Positions 40,245 to 50,034 of a stretch of DNA of 64,000 nt are shown in pieces; position 1 is the first letter of the stretch, and each line of letters begins with the position of its first letter. The translations under genes and the position numbers were made by a program. The stretch is from an uncultured Prochlorococcus sp. (GTDB lineage: Bacteria > Cyanobacteriota > Cyanobacteriia > PCC-6307 > Cyanobiaceae): assembly GCF_902616385.1 (NCBI RefSeq), contig NZ_CACMSM010000007.1, positions 5,869 to 69,868 of the forward strand. Direction: 5' to 3'. The notes under the pieces are model-generated. The model made no database searches, was not told the origin of the DNA, and saw only the letters and a list, made by a program, of their open reading frames with translations.

Positions 40245-42015
40245 GGTGCAAAAGATTAAATTCAAATCTTTTGTTTTAATAATTCCAATATTAATTTTTT
40301 CAGGAATATCTTTTTGTTTTTTTAGTCTAATATTTAGTACCTTAAAATTTGACGTTTCTAAAAATAAAAAGTCTCGGGAAACCAAATATTCTTACGTAAT
40401 ATCATCCTCTGATAATAAGATACTAAGCAAATTAAGCCGCAAATTTGAAATAGATAATAGTTATCATAAAATTCCATTTTTTCTAAAACATTCTTTTATA
40501 TCTTCTGAGGATAAAAGATTTTATAAACATAATGGCATAGATTTAAAAAGTATTTCTCGTGCCCTTATTCAAAATATTAGAAGTGGTTATGTTAAAGAGG
40601 GGGGAAGTACGATTACACAACAAGTTGCTAGATTACTTTTTCTAAATAATGATTTAAGTTTTCAAAGAAAAATTAAAGAAATATTTATATCACTCATACT
40701 TGAATTTAGATACAACAAAAATCAAATTTTAAAATTATATTTAAATAATATTTATCTAGGATCAGGAGCATACGGGGTAGACGAGGCTGCCCAAGTTTAT
40801 TTTGGAAAATTTATAGAAGAATTGACATTATCAGAGATCGCATTAATTGCAGGATTAGCTCCAGCTCCATCAATTTATTCACCCTATCAAAATTTAGAAC
40901 TAGCTATTAAAAATAGAAATAAAGTTCTTGAATCAATGTATGTTGATGGATATATTTCTCTTGCAAATAAGAATAAGGCTATTAAAGAAAAAATAAAGTT
41001 AAATTATCAAACAACTAATAATTTTTTAGATGATAAATTACTAATAAACTTTATTCTTCAGGAAACAGATAAAAAAATTGGAAGTAAAAATGATTATAAG
41101 TTTTTAAGAATTAAATCTTCTATCAACAAAGATTGGCAAGAAAAAGGTCAAAAAATATCAAGATACGCAGGGCCTAAAGAACTTGAATTTGGTTTGTTAT
41201 CTATCGAATCAAAAACAGGACTAATCAGGACAATGATAACCAGCAAAAATCCATCAATTAATGAATACAACAGAGTAATTTCATCTGTAAGACCTTTAGG
41301 TTCTACTTTTAAAATAATCCCTTATGCTGCTGCATTAATAGAAGGAATAAAATTAAGCGATAAATTTGAAGACTTACCAAAATGCTGGGAAAGTTATTGC
41401 CCAAAAAATTTTTCAGAAGACTATAGAGGCTCAATATCTTTGATTGAATCATTTAAAAGTTCATCAAATATCGTTCCAATATCAATAACAAAAAAAATCG
41501 GCTTAAAAAATATTATTAATTTAGCGAATTCATTTGGACTAGGTTATGAGCAAGAGTTTGAGGAATTCCCATCATTAGCTATTGGCGCCTACGGAGATAA
41601 TCTTTTAAACATCACAAATGCATATTCTGCAATAAACAATAATGGGAAGATTCAAAGCCCTGAAATCATAGAAAAAATAGAATCATTTAAAAAACAACCT
41701 ATTTGGGAAAATAAATCTATTTCCAAGAAAATATTAGATTTAAAAATAAACAAGAAAATAAATAAACTTCTTGAAAAATCTGTAAAAGAAGGAACTTCAA
41801 AAGCAGCCTTTATAAAAGGAAAGAAAATTTATGGGAAAACAGGAACATCTGATGGAAATAAAGATCTTTGGTTTATTGGTTCCATTGATAAACTTACAAC
41901 AGGGATTTGGATAGGTTACGACGATAACAAGGAATCTGAATTATCTAGTGGGAATGCAGCTTATTTATGGAAGAAGTTCATATCTGAAATTTATAAAATT
42001 CCAATTAAAAAATAA
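40237..42015 (+). CDS. bifunctional penicillin-binding protein 1A (glycosyltransferase 51 + transpeptidase)
   Basis: EDKRFYKHNGID and GGSTITQQ (GT51), plus STFK and KTGT (transpeptidase). It overlaps the chlG end by 8 nt. Confidence 0.87.
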   Translation: MLKVQKIKFKSFVLIIPILIFSGISFCFFSLIFSTLKFDVSKNKKSRETKYSYVISSSDNKILSKLSRKFEIDNSYHKIPFFLKHSFISSEDKRFYKHNGIDLKSISRALIQNIRSGYVKEGGSTITQQVARLLFLNNDLSFQRKIKEIFISLILEFRYNKNQILKLYLNNIYLGSGAYGVDEAAQVYFGKFIEELTLSEIALIAGLAPAPSIYSPYQNLELAIKNRNKVLESMYVDGYISLANKNKAIKEKIKLNYQTTNNFLDDKLLINFILQETDKKIGSKNDYKFLRIKSSINKDWQEKGQKISRYAGPKELEFGLLSIESKTGLIRTMITSKNPSINEYNRVISSVRPLGSTFKIIPYAAALIEGIKLSDKFEDLPKCWESYCPKNFSEDYRGSISLIESFKSSSNIVPISITKKIGLKNIINLANSFGLGYEQEFEEFPSLAIGAYGDNLLNITNAYSAINNNGKIQSPEIIEKIESFKKQPIWENKSISKKILDLKINKKINKLLEKSVKEGTSKAAFIKGKKIYGKTGTSDGNKDLWFIGSIDKLTTGIWIGYDDNKESELSSGNAAYLWKKFISEIYKIPIKK

Positions 42016-42024
42016 ATTATATTT

Positions 42025-43341
42025 TTAAGATTTATAAGAAATTATTGCAGAATAAAATCCATCACCAGGATAATCCAAGCTAGGTAAAATTTGCTTTTGG
42101 CTAACCAATTTTAAAGTTTTGTTTTTTTCAACAAATTTTTCAATTAATAGATTATTTTCATCAGGACAAATAGTACAAGTTGAATAAACTAAAGTACCAT
42201 CTTTTTTCAAAAGAGGGAAAATTCTCTCCAAAAGTTTTTCCTGTAATAAAGTTAAAGATTTTATTTTTTCTTTACTTAAAGACCATCTAGAATCTGGATT
42301 CCTGGAAAGAGTTCCAATTCCTGAACATGGCGCATCTAATAAAATCTTATCAAAATAAGATATAAATTTAGGATTTAATTCAATCAAACTCGTAGCATCA
42401 GCCTTAAGGGTATTAACAGATTTCAAATTTAACCTTTCTAAATTTGATTGCAGTATTTTCAATCTTTTTGCTGATCTATCTACTGCAATGATTTCAGCAC
42501 TATCATTTGTTAATTCTGCAAGGTGGGTAGACTTACTTCCTGGAGCTGCACAAGCATCTAAAATCTTTTCACCTTCTTTTGGATTTAATAAAGGTGCTAT
42601 CCACTGAGAAGATCTATCTTGAATTGTCCAAAGTCCATCACTATATCCTGGTAAATTTTTTATAGATCTTGGATTAGATTTTAAAGTAATTCCATTATGT
42701 AAATCTTTAATAATTTCAGCATCAATTTTATTTTCATGAAGTACTTTCAAAAAGTTATCTAAATTAGTTTTTAATTGGTTAATTCTCAAATCAATTGATG
42801 GCTTTTTATTAAATGCCTTAATGATATTTTCACCCTCGCTATTGCCGACCCATTTATAAAGATCCTTCACAAGCCATAATGGAAATGATTCAAGATATGA
42901 AATTCTTTCTTTTCTATCAGAAGATAATTCCGGAAAGATTTTTTGTTCTAATTTTCTTGATGCATTTCTCAATATCGCATTTACAGTTCCCGCTAAACCA
43001 TTTAAATCTGTTTTTTTAGCTACTTCTACAGTGGTAGAAATAGCAGCAGGAAATGGGATTTTATTCATTTTCAATAGTTGATACAAACCTATATGTAGAA
43101 GCCATCTTAACTTTGGAGGCTGTTTTTTATGAGTAATTTTTGATGTATGATCTGTCCAAAGATCAAGAAATTTTCTATACCTTATGCATCCAAAAGATAA
43201 TTCCGTAATAAAAGCTATATCAAGAGGATTAAATTGATAATTTTTTAAAACTTTTTCAAGAGCATGATCAGAAAAATCACCAGAACTTACTTTTAATAAA
43301 ATTTCCCAAGCTGCCTTTCTTTGTAAATATCCTATGCTCAA
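42025..43341 (-). CDS. rsmB: 16S rRNA (cytosine967-C5)-methyltransferase RsmB/Sun
   Basis: N-terminal NusB-like domain, then DACAAPGSKS, DAPCSG and TCT motifs. Confidence 0.9.
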   Translation of the reverse strand: MSIGYLQRKAAWEILLKVSSGDFSDHALEKVLKNYQFNPLDIAFITELSFGCIRYRKFLDLWTDHTSKITHKKQPPKLRWLLHIGLYQLLKMNKIPFPAAISTTVEVAKKTDLNGLAGTVNAILRNASRKLEQKIFPELSSDRKERISYLESFPLWLVKDLYKWVGNSEGENIIKAFNKKPSIDLRINQLKTNLDNFLKVLHENKIDAEIIKDLHNGITLKSNPRSIKNLPGYSDGLWTIQDRSSQWIAPLLNPKEGEKILDACAAPGSKSTHLAELTNDSAEIIAVDRSAKRLKILQSNLERLNLKSVNTLKADATSLIELNPKFISYFDKILLDAPCSGIGTLSRNPDSRWSLSKEKIKSLTLLQEKLLERIFPLLKKDGTLVYSTCTICPDENNLLIEKFVEKNKTLKLVSQKQILPSLDYPGDGFYSAIISYKS

Positions 43342-43555
43342 AATATAAATAATTTTTAAAGATAACTTTAATATACAAAAAATTCAAAAATTTAAACTAC
43401 TTTTTCAATTGCAGAATTAAACCAAATAAAACCTAAGATAGAAATAAGTGAAAGATTAAATCCTAAAAAAAGAAAGATATTTTAAAGAATGGATTCTTTC
43501 CCGAAAAAATATTTTTTTCTCTTTTTGATACTTCATTATTAAAATAAAAAATAAT

Positions 43556-43735
43556 TCAGGATTTCAAACGGCAACCAATATTGATAGATCCTGCATCAAG
43601 CATTCTGCCTAATTTAATTGCTATGGATTCCTCCAACCTAGTGAAATTAGATTGATGGGTAGTTATCCAATCTAATTCAGAAAAAGTGATGATTCCCGTC
43701 GAATTACTTTTTAAAAAAAGTGTTCCAATTTCCAT
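43556..43735 (-). CDS. hypothetical 59-aa protein
   Basis: Hand translation: MEIGTLFLKSNSTGIITFSELDWITTHQSNFTRLEESIAIKLGRMLDAGSINIGCRLKS*. The composition is balanced and non-low-complexity. No family recognised. Confidence 0.35.
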   Translation of the reverse strand: MEIGTLFLKSNSTGIITFSELDWITTHQSNFTRLEESIAIKLGRMLDAGSINIGCRLKS

Positions 43736-43840
43736 TAGATAACTCTAATTTTTTCTAAGCTAACATCCGTACTTAATATTTCTTCATAACATAATATTCT
43801 TTTAATTTTTCAAAGAAAACTATAGGTTATTAATCTTAAT

Positions 43841-45331
43841 TTATTGAATATCTCTTAAAAAATTATCGGCCGTTTTTAAGTGATTATTTAATTTTTCTTC
43901 TGACATTTTATCGAGATTTCTCGTTAACATTGCCAGACGATATTGCTTTCTAAAAAAGCTTTCATTATCTTTAATAAATTTCCAAAATAAGCCGTCCCAT
44001 ATTTCACACCATGGGCCACTTTTAAAATTAGACATTTTTTTTACATAATTAGAGCTTGATATATATGGCTTTGTTGAAAAGATACCACCATCACTAAACT
44101 GACTCATTCCGTAAACATTTGGGACCATAACCCAATCATAGGAATCAATAAACATTTCCATAAACCATTTATAAACTTGGTTGGGGTGAATTCTACATAG
44201 AAGCATAAAGTTGCCAACAATCATTAGCCGCTCAATATGATGACAATAACCAAATTTAATAATATTTTTTATAACGATGTCTACTGGTTCAATTCCTGTA
44301 TTTCCTTGATAAAAAGATTTTGGAATTGGCTTATCTTCAAAATTCCAAAAATTACTATTTCGCATCTTTGTTCCGTACTTTTTATAGACAAGGCAAATAA
44401 ATTCTCTCCATCCAATAATTTGACGAATAAAACCCTCTAAAGAGTTAATAGGAACATTATTATTTTTTGCAAAACGTAATGCTTTATTTACTACTACATC
44501 TGGGGTTAATAAGCCGCTATTTAAAAGAGGAGAAAGTAAACTGTGCCATAAAAAAGAATTTTCTTTAGTAATAGCATCCTCATAATCTCCAAATAAGAAA
44601 AATCTATGTTTAAAAAAATCATTTAACCATTCATCTGCCTCTTCAAAATTAGTTGGATATAAAAAGTTATTACTTTCTCCAATAAACTCAATATCAAAAT
44701 TGGCTAATGACCTTTCTGCATTAACTACAAATTTATTTTTTTGTAATTTAGGTGTATCGGGTATATTTATTTTTTTTGGTAATTTTTTTCTGTTCATTTC
44801 ATCGAAACTCCATTTGCCACCTTCAGGTGTATCATCAGGATTAACTAATATCTTTTGGCTCTTTCTTTGATTCTCATAAAATCTCCCCATAAGAGGTTTT
44901 TTTGTATTTGATTCAAATAAATCTTTTAAATCTGCACTGCTCATAAACATAGGAGAAGGCAAAATATTTAAAGCTAAATTATTACTTTCAACAAAATTAT
45001 TAATCCTCTTCATTATTAAAAAATCATGAGGGTCAATGAGATTTATTTTCTGATATTTATTTTTAATAAATTCCGATAGGTAATCAACTGTAGAAATATT
45101 ATTCTTGTTTTCGATATAAAAAACTTTAAAGCCAGATATTTCTAAATAATTTTTATAAGCGAGCATAGATGCTCTATGAAAAACTAACTTATTTTTATGG
45201 TTAATTAATTTATGAAATTTATCATTTCCAAAAAATAATGAGTCTTCCAAAATCAAAACTTCACAATTTATTTTTAAGATTGGGCTTTCTCTAAAAAGTT
45301 GATTCGGGAAAATAATTGATACTTGTTTCAT
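43841..45331 (-). CDS. photolyase/cryptochrome-related protein of the prokaryotic (6-4) photolyase (FeS-BCP / COG3046) type
   Basis: 496 aa. The C-terminal half has [32 protein letters not shown] and KPYISSSNY, which are characteristic of this family. Confidence 0.82.
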   Translation of the reverse strand: MKQVSIIFPNQLFRESPILKINCEVLILEDSLFFGNDKFHKLINHKNKLVFHRASMLAYKNYLEISGFKVFYIENKNNISTVDYLSEFIKNKYQKINLIDPHDFLIMKRINNFVESNNLALNILPSPMFMSSADLKDLFESNTKKPLMGRFYENQRKSQKILVNPDDTPEGGKWSFDEMNRKKLPKKINIPDTPKLQKNKFVVNAERSLANFDIEFIGESNNFLYPTNFEEADEWLNDFFKHRFFLFGDYEDAITKENSFLWHSLLSPLLNSGLLTPDVVVNKALRFAKNNNVPINSLEGFIRQIIGWREFICLVYKKYGTKMRNSNFWNFEDKPIPKSFYQGNTGIEPVDIVIKNIIKFGYCHHIERLMIVGNFMLLCRIHPNQVYKWFMEMFIDSYDWVMVPNVYGMSQFSDGGIFSTKPYISSSNYVKKMSNFKSGPWCEIWDGLFWKFIKDNESFFRKQYRLAMLTRNLDKMSEEKLNNHLKTADNFLRDIQ

Positions 45332-45459
45332 CTTTGCGACTTCCTGTTACTGCATCTTTTTGAACAGTAGATAACATCATCCCAACAGTTTTTCCATTTT
45401 TTACGCCACTCAAACGGCCTATTGCAAACAGGACAAGTTTTAGTAGAAAGATTTTTCAA
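45328..45459 (-). CDS. DUF2256-type zinc-ribbon protein, 43 aa (TTG start)
   Basis: Hand translation: (M)[42 protein letters not shown]. It has a CxxC...CxxxC pattern. Its TGA stop overlaps the ATG of the photolyase-like gene (ATGA). Not in the ORF track. Confidence 0.7.
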   Translation of the reverse strand: MKNLSTKTCPVCNRPFEWRKKWKNCWDDVIYCSKRCSNRKSQR

Positions 45460-45462
45460 AAT

Positions 45463-45699
45463 TTATAATTTTCTTTTATGTGTAGATTTAAATCTAGTTG
45501 AATCTTTAAGGGCCATATGTTTTGTATTTCTTCCCGAAACTCTCTTTCTCCAGACTTTGAAAGATTTGGGTTTAAGATTTTGACGCATAATTTTTATCGC
45601 ATCTTCCTCTTTTAAACCAAATTGATACTCGATAGCTTCAAAGGGTGTTCTATCTTCCCAACACATTTCAATTATTCTATCTATGTCGAAAATTTCCAT
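45463..45699 (-). CDS. TIGR03643/DUF2805-like small protein
   Basis: 78 aa with RIIEMCWEDRTPFEAIEYQFGL and a basic tail. The family call is from memory. Confidence 0.65.
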   Translation of the reverse strand: MEIFDIDRIIEMCWEDRTPFEAIEYQFGLKEEDAIKIMRQNLKPKSFKVWRKRVSGRNTKHMALKDSTRFKSTHKRKL

Positions 45700-45701
45700 A
45701 T

Positions 45702-46106
45702 TTATTGTTCACATTGTGAGGTACAAAGTTTTTCAATATCGGATCTACCTGTGATTTGAAGTCTATATTTTGCCCAATATCTGTAAACCAATCTCAATAA
45801 TGGAGATAAGAGCTTAATCTTCAAGGGATAATAAACCCAACCTAAACCAACTAATTCATAAGAATAAGCAAGTACATCTAGTCCCCTAATAATTTCACCA
45901 TTTTCAATAATCCCATGGAGGTTTGACATAGCTTCCGAATATGAGATGTCATTAAAAAGACTTCGATCATAATCCTTACTATTAATATCTATAAATGCGA
46001 TTTGATTTAAGGTATCTCTTTTTTTAAGAAAATTTGTTTCTCTCAAACAAAGTGGACAACCACCATCGAATAAAAAAGTTAATTTATTTTTCATATTTTT
46101 ATTCAA
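45702..46106 (-). CDS. thiol-disulfide oxidoreductase DCC family (DUF393)
   Basis: FDGGCPLCLRE motif near the N-terminus. Length is 134 aa. Confidence 0.8.
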   Translation of the reverse strand: MNKNMKNKLTFLFDGGCPLCLRETNFLKKRDTLNQIAFIDINSKDYDRSLFNDISYSEAMSNLHGIIENGEIIRGLDVLAYSYELVGLGWVYYPLKIKLLSPLLRLVYRYWAKYRLQITGRSDIEKLCTSQCEQ

Positions 46107-46212
46107 ATATAGAAATTAAATAACTTTTTTGTGGAATAAAAAATTTTTTTTTGAGTACAAGCTTTATAAAGCCTTAATAATTGCCAGTTCTAATTTAGTG
46201 AAATTATATTAT

Positions 46213-46254
46213 CTTATTAATTAATAAGCCATTGATTAAGGGATACATCAATGG
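46213..46254. repeat. 16-bp perfect palindrome followed directly by an 8-bp-stem inverted repeat
   Basis: cttattaattaataag (46213-46228) is a perfect palindrome. ccattgat (46229-46236) pairs with atcaatgg (46247-46254) across a 10-nt loop. Confidence 0.8.
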
Positions 46255-46271
46255 TTTAAAACTATTTATAA

Positions 46272-46475
46272 TCAATCATCTAGAAGATGAACTCCTTCTC
46301 CTACGTCAGGAGTAAATTTGCAATATTTTTCAAAAATAAGTCCAACACCTCTCATTTTTTCTCCTAATTCATCGTTAAATCTATTCCATTCTTCCGATTC
46401 ACGATCAGGTAAATGCCACCCTTGTTTTTCTACCATACTTGTTATTACTGTATAGTCCCATTCTATGTATGCCAT
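46272..46475 (-). CDS. hypothetical acidic 67-aa protein
   Basis: ORF with balanced composition (MAYIEWDYTVITSMVEKQGWHLPDRESEEWNRF...). No family recognised. Confidence 0.45.
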   Translation of the reverse strand: MAYIEWDYTVITSMVEKQGWHLPDRESEEWNRFNDELGEKMRGVGLIFEKYCKFTPDVGEGVHLLDD

Positions 46476-46570
46476 TGAATTAACTTAAACTACCAAAATA
46501 TTATAAACCAAGAGATTTAATAGGTAATCAATATTTTTTGAATATAATTTAAAGGTGTGAAAAATTATAA

Positions 46571-47242
46571 ATGTCAATTTTGCCAAGAAGATTTGAACGA
46601 ATCAAAAGCGTTTTAAATTGCAGAATGAAAAACTTGACTGTTTTAGTTGAGGATGTAAATAAACCACATAATTTATCAGCGATATTAAGGACATGTGATG
46701 CAGCAGGAGTTTTCGAAGCAAATTTTATTAGCAAAACAAATGCCGTTAAGACTTTTAATAGTACTGCTCAAGGAAGTCAAAAATGGGTAAAGCTGAATAA
46801 TCATGAAAACACTATCTCGGCAATATCTGACTTAAAGAATAAGGGTTTTAAATTATATGGAACGACTTTTAATAGTGAATCAGTAGATTATAGAAATTTT
46901 GATTATTCTCAAAATACATGTTTTGTTCTAGGAGCAGAAAAATGGGGACTAAGTAATGAACTTATATCAATGGTTGATCAATCAATTTTTATACCTATGA
47001 GAGGTATGGTTCAATCTCTGAATGTTTCAGTTGCTGCTTCTATTTTATTATTTGAAGCTGTTCGCCAAAGAAAAAATAAAGGTATGTTGCCCGCTAATGG
47101 AGAAGGGTTAAATATGGATGAATATCAAAAAACACTTTTTGAATGGTGTTACCCAGAATTAGCTGCGGTGTATAAAAAATCAGTTAAAGAATATCCAAAG
47201 TTGAATGATCAAGGAGGAATTGATCCTATTAAAGATAACTAA
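46571..47242 (+). CDS. trmH: SpoU/TrmH family RNA 2'-O-methyltransferase
   Basis: HNLSAILRTCDAAGV, and a C-terminal SPOUT knot (IPM.G.VQSLNVSVAA). Confidence 0.85.
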   Translation: MSILPRRFERIKSVLNCRMKNLTVLVEDVNKPHNLSAILRTCDAAGVFEANFISKTNAVKTFNSTAQGSQKWVKLNNHENTISAISDLKNKGFKLYGTTFNSESVDYRNFDYSQNTCFVLGAEKWGLSNELISMVDQSIFIPMRGMVQSLNVSVAASILLFEAVRQRKNKGMLPANGEGLNMDEYQKTLFEWCYPELAAVYKKSVKEYPKLNDQGGIDPIKDN

Positions 47243-47244
47243 AT

Positions 47245-48090
47245 TTATTCAGAATTTTGACTATCAAAAATTTCTTCAAGGTCCTCTCCTATAAAAGAAA
47301 GACCTAAAACTAAAAAAAACATTGCCAAACCTGGGAACAAAGCCGTCCACCAGATACCTGTAGGTAAAGCGGCAAGAGCCAGATTTAAATCACTTCCCCA
47401 CTCTGGGACATCTGCAGGAACTCCAACGCCTAAAAATCCTAAACTTCCTAATACCAAAACAGCATCTGCAGCATTTAGGGTAAGCAGAATAGGCAATGGT
47501 GTTATTACATTTGGGAGAATATATTTAAAAATAATTTTTTTAACATCAGCTCCTGCAACTTGAGCTGCCTCCACATAAGTTTCAGATTTAACCAATATTG
47601 TCTGATTTCTGATTAATCTAAAATATTGAGGAGAGTAAACAATACACAATGCCAAAGCCGCGTTAAGGATACCCTTACCCAATACAAAAGCCACAACAAC
47701 TGAAAGCAAAATTACAGGTATTGAAAAAATAGTATCCATTATTAGTGATAAGCATTTATCAAAAAAACCACCAAAATACCCACTTAATAATCCCAATGGC
47801 AAACCCAAACTTAATGAAAAAAGAATAGCTAAGAATACAACTTCTATAGCTAATGATGATCCTTGCAAAGTTCTTAAGCAAACATCTCTTCCTAATCTAT
47901 CTGTGCCACAAAAATGATTTAGAGAAGGAGGGGCAAAGATATCATTGCTTAACATTGAAAATGAATAGCCAAAAAAATTATTGGCCTCTAAAAATTTCAT
48001 TATTAAAACAACAAGAAGATAAAAAAGTACTATTAAAAATCCGGCTTTTCTGATATTTGCACCGACACTATTAAATGGGTTAATATCCAA
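47245..48090 (-). CDS. ABC transporter permease, DppC/OppC-like (orphan)
   Basis: 281 aa with six TM helices. It has the binding-protein-dependent transport EAA-like region (YVEAAQVAGA). Confidence 0.8.
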   Translation of the reverse strand: MDINPFNSVGANIRKAGFLIVLFYLLVVLIMKFLEANNFFGYSFSMLSNDIFAPPSLNHFCGTDRLGRDVCLRTLQGSSLAIEVVFLAILFSLSLGLPLGLLSGYFGGFFDKCLSLIMDTIFSIPVILLSVVVAFVLGKGILNAALALCIVYSPQYFRLIRNQTILVKSETYVEAAQVAGADVKKIIFKYILPNVITPLPILLTLNAADAVLVLGSLGFLGVGVPADVPEWGSDLNLALAALPTGIWWTALFPGLAMFFLVLGLSFIGEDLEEIFDSQNSE

Positions 48091-48169
48091 AATCTTTTTT
48101 TAAAGATATAAATGAAATATACCCAATTCTTTAAAAAATAAATAGCTATAAATTTTAAATTAAAATAAA

Positions 48170-49978
48170 TTACTGGTTTAATTTCAAAACTGCCATAAAA
48201 GCTTCTTGAGGGACTTCAACTTTACCCATTGCCTTCATCCTCTTTTTACCTTTGGCTTGTTTCTTTAAAAGTTTCTTTTTCCTAGAAATATCCCCTCCAT
48301 AACATTTAGATAAAACATCTTTTCGCAAAGCACTTATGCTTTCACTTGCAATAATCCTGCTACCGATTGATGCTTGAATAGGTATTTTAAATTGTTGTTT
48401 TGGAATAAGTTCTTTTAATTTCTCAACTAAACTTCTGCCAATTCCATAAGCCTTATCTTTATGAACAATAGAAGTTAATGGATCTGCTCTTTCTGAATTT
48501 ATTAGAACATCTAATCTAACAAGGTCATTTTTTCTATAGCCAATCAAATGATATTCCATTGATGCATAACCTTGGGTTCTACTTTTCATTTGATCAAAGA
48601 AATCTGTAACAACTTCTGCTAGTGGAATTTCATAAATCAAGGTAACTCGATCTGTTGTTATATATTTCATATCTATAAATACTCCCCTTCTTTCCTGACA
48701 TAAACCCATTAATGTTCCATTAAATTCATTGGGAGCATAAATTTCCATTTTCACATAAGGCTCTTCTATTGATTCTCTAAGTTGTGGATCAGGAATTGTA
48801 GAAGGATTATCAATAAAAATATGTTCCTGCTGATTTAAATTAACTTTATAAATAACTGATGGTGCCGTTACGATTAGATCCAAGTCATATTCTCTTTCTA
48901 ATCTTTCTTGAACAATCTCCATATGAAGAAGTCCTAAGAATCCGCACCTGAATCCGAAGCCCATTGCGCTACTGGTTTCGGGCTCATATTTTAAAGCGGC
49001 ATCAGATAATTGTAATTTTTCGAGTGATACTCTTAAATCTGGGAATTGATCAGCATCAGTCGGGAATAAGCCACAAAAAACCATAGGATTTGCTGTCTTA
49101 TATCCAGGCAAAGGATCATTGGCAGGTGAATTTAAAAGAGTAATCGTATCTCCCACTCTTGCATCAGCAACTGATTTTATAGAAGCAGCTAAATATCCAA
49201 CTTCTCCTGCATGTAATTCATCAACTTGCTGCTGATCAGGCGCCATTATTCCTATCTCATCTAGTTCATAATTTTTCTTACTTGCCATTAATAATATTTT
49301 TTCTCTCTTATTTAGAGACCCAGATATCACCCTGAAATAAACAATAACTCCCCTGTACGGATCATAGTAAGAATCAAAAATCAGTGCCTTTGTAGGTAGT
49401 TTAATTTCATCTTGAGGAGGAGGTACTCTTCTTACTATTGCTTCCAAAATATCTTTAATACCAACTCCAGTTTTTGCTGAACAATTTATTGCATTAGATG
49501 TATCAAGTCCAATAATTTCCTCTATTTCTTGTTTTATTTTTTCAGCATCAGCCCCTGGTAAATCAACTTTATTTAAAACAGGAATTATTTCAAGATTATT
49601 TTCTAAGGCAAGATAAACATTAGCTAAGGTTTGAGCTTCTACTCCTTGACTTGCATCAACAACAAGTAAGGCGCCTTCACAAGCTTGAAGAGATCTACTA
49701 ACCTCATAAGAGAAATCAACATGCCCTGGCGTATCTATTAAGTTCAGAACATATTCTTGGAAATCGTCAGCTTTATATTTCATCCTAGCGGCTTGTAACT
49801 TGATAGTAATTCCTCTCTCTCTTTCAAGATCCATACTGTCCAAAAATTGTTCTTGCATATCCCTTTGCTGCACAGTACCAGTATCTTGAAGCAACCTATC
49901 TGCAAGGGTAGATTTACCATGATCAATATGAGCGATTATGCAGAAATTTCTAATTTTTGAAACCGATATATCAGTCAT
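48170..49978 (-). CDS. lepA: elongation factor 4
   Basis: [34 protein letters not shown], and the LepA C-terminal domain. Confidence 0.97.
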   Translation of the reverse strand: MTDISVSKIRNFCIIAHIDHGKSTLADRLLQDTGTVQQRDMQEQFLDSMDLERERGITIKLQAARMKYKADDFQEYVLNLIDTPGHVDFSYEVSRSLQACEGALLVVDASQGVEAQTLANVYLALENNLEIIPVLNKVDLPGADAEKIKQEIEEIIGLDTSNAINCSAKTGVGIKDILEAIVRRVPPPQDEIKLPTKALIFDSYYDPYRGVIVYFRVISGSLNKREKILLMASKKNYELDEIGIMAPDQQQVDELHAGEVGYLAASIKSVADARVGDTITLLNSPANDPLPGYKTANPMVFCGLFPTDADQFPDLRVSLEKLQLSDAALKYEPETSSAMGFGFRCGFLGLLHMEIVQERLEREYDLDLIVTAPSVIYKVNLNQQEHIFIDNPSTIPDPQLRESIEEPYVKMEIYAPNEFNGTLMGLCQERRGVFIDMKYITTDRVTLIYEIPLAEVVTDFFDQMKSRTQGYASMEYHLIGYRKNDLVRLDVLINSERADPLTSIVHKDKAYGIGRSLVEKLKELIPKQQFKIPIQASIGSRIIASESISALRKDVLSKCYGGDISRKKKLLKKQAKGKKRMKAMGKVEVPQEAFMAVLKLNQ

Positions 49979-50034
49979 ACTAGAAAGAAAAATTCTCCTC
50001 TTATTACATCTTGATTAATATTAGCTAATTAGAA

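Noticed and set aside
43380-43475. Minus-strand hydrophobic frame ..NIFLFLGFNLSLISILGFIWFNSAIEKVV*
   Set aside because: There is no ATG, GTG or TTG start between the upstream in-frame stop and the hydrophobic segment, and it is too short to support without comparative data.
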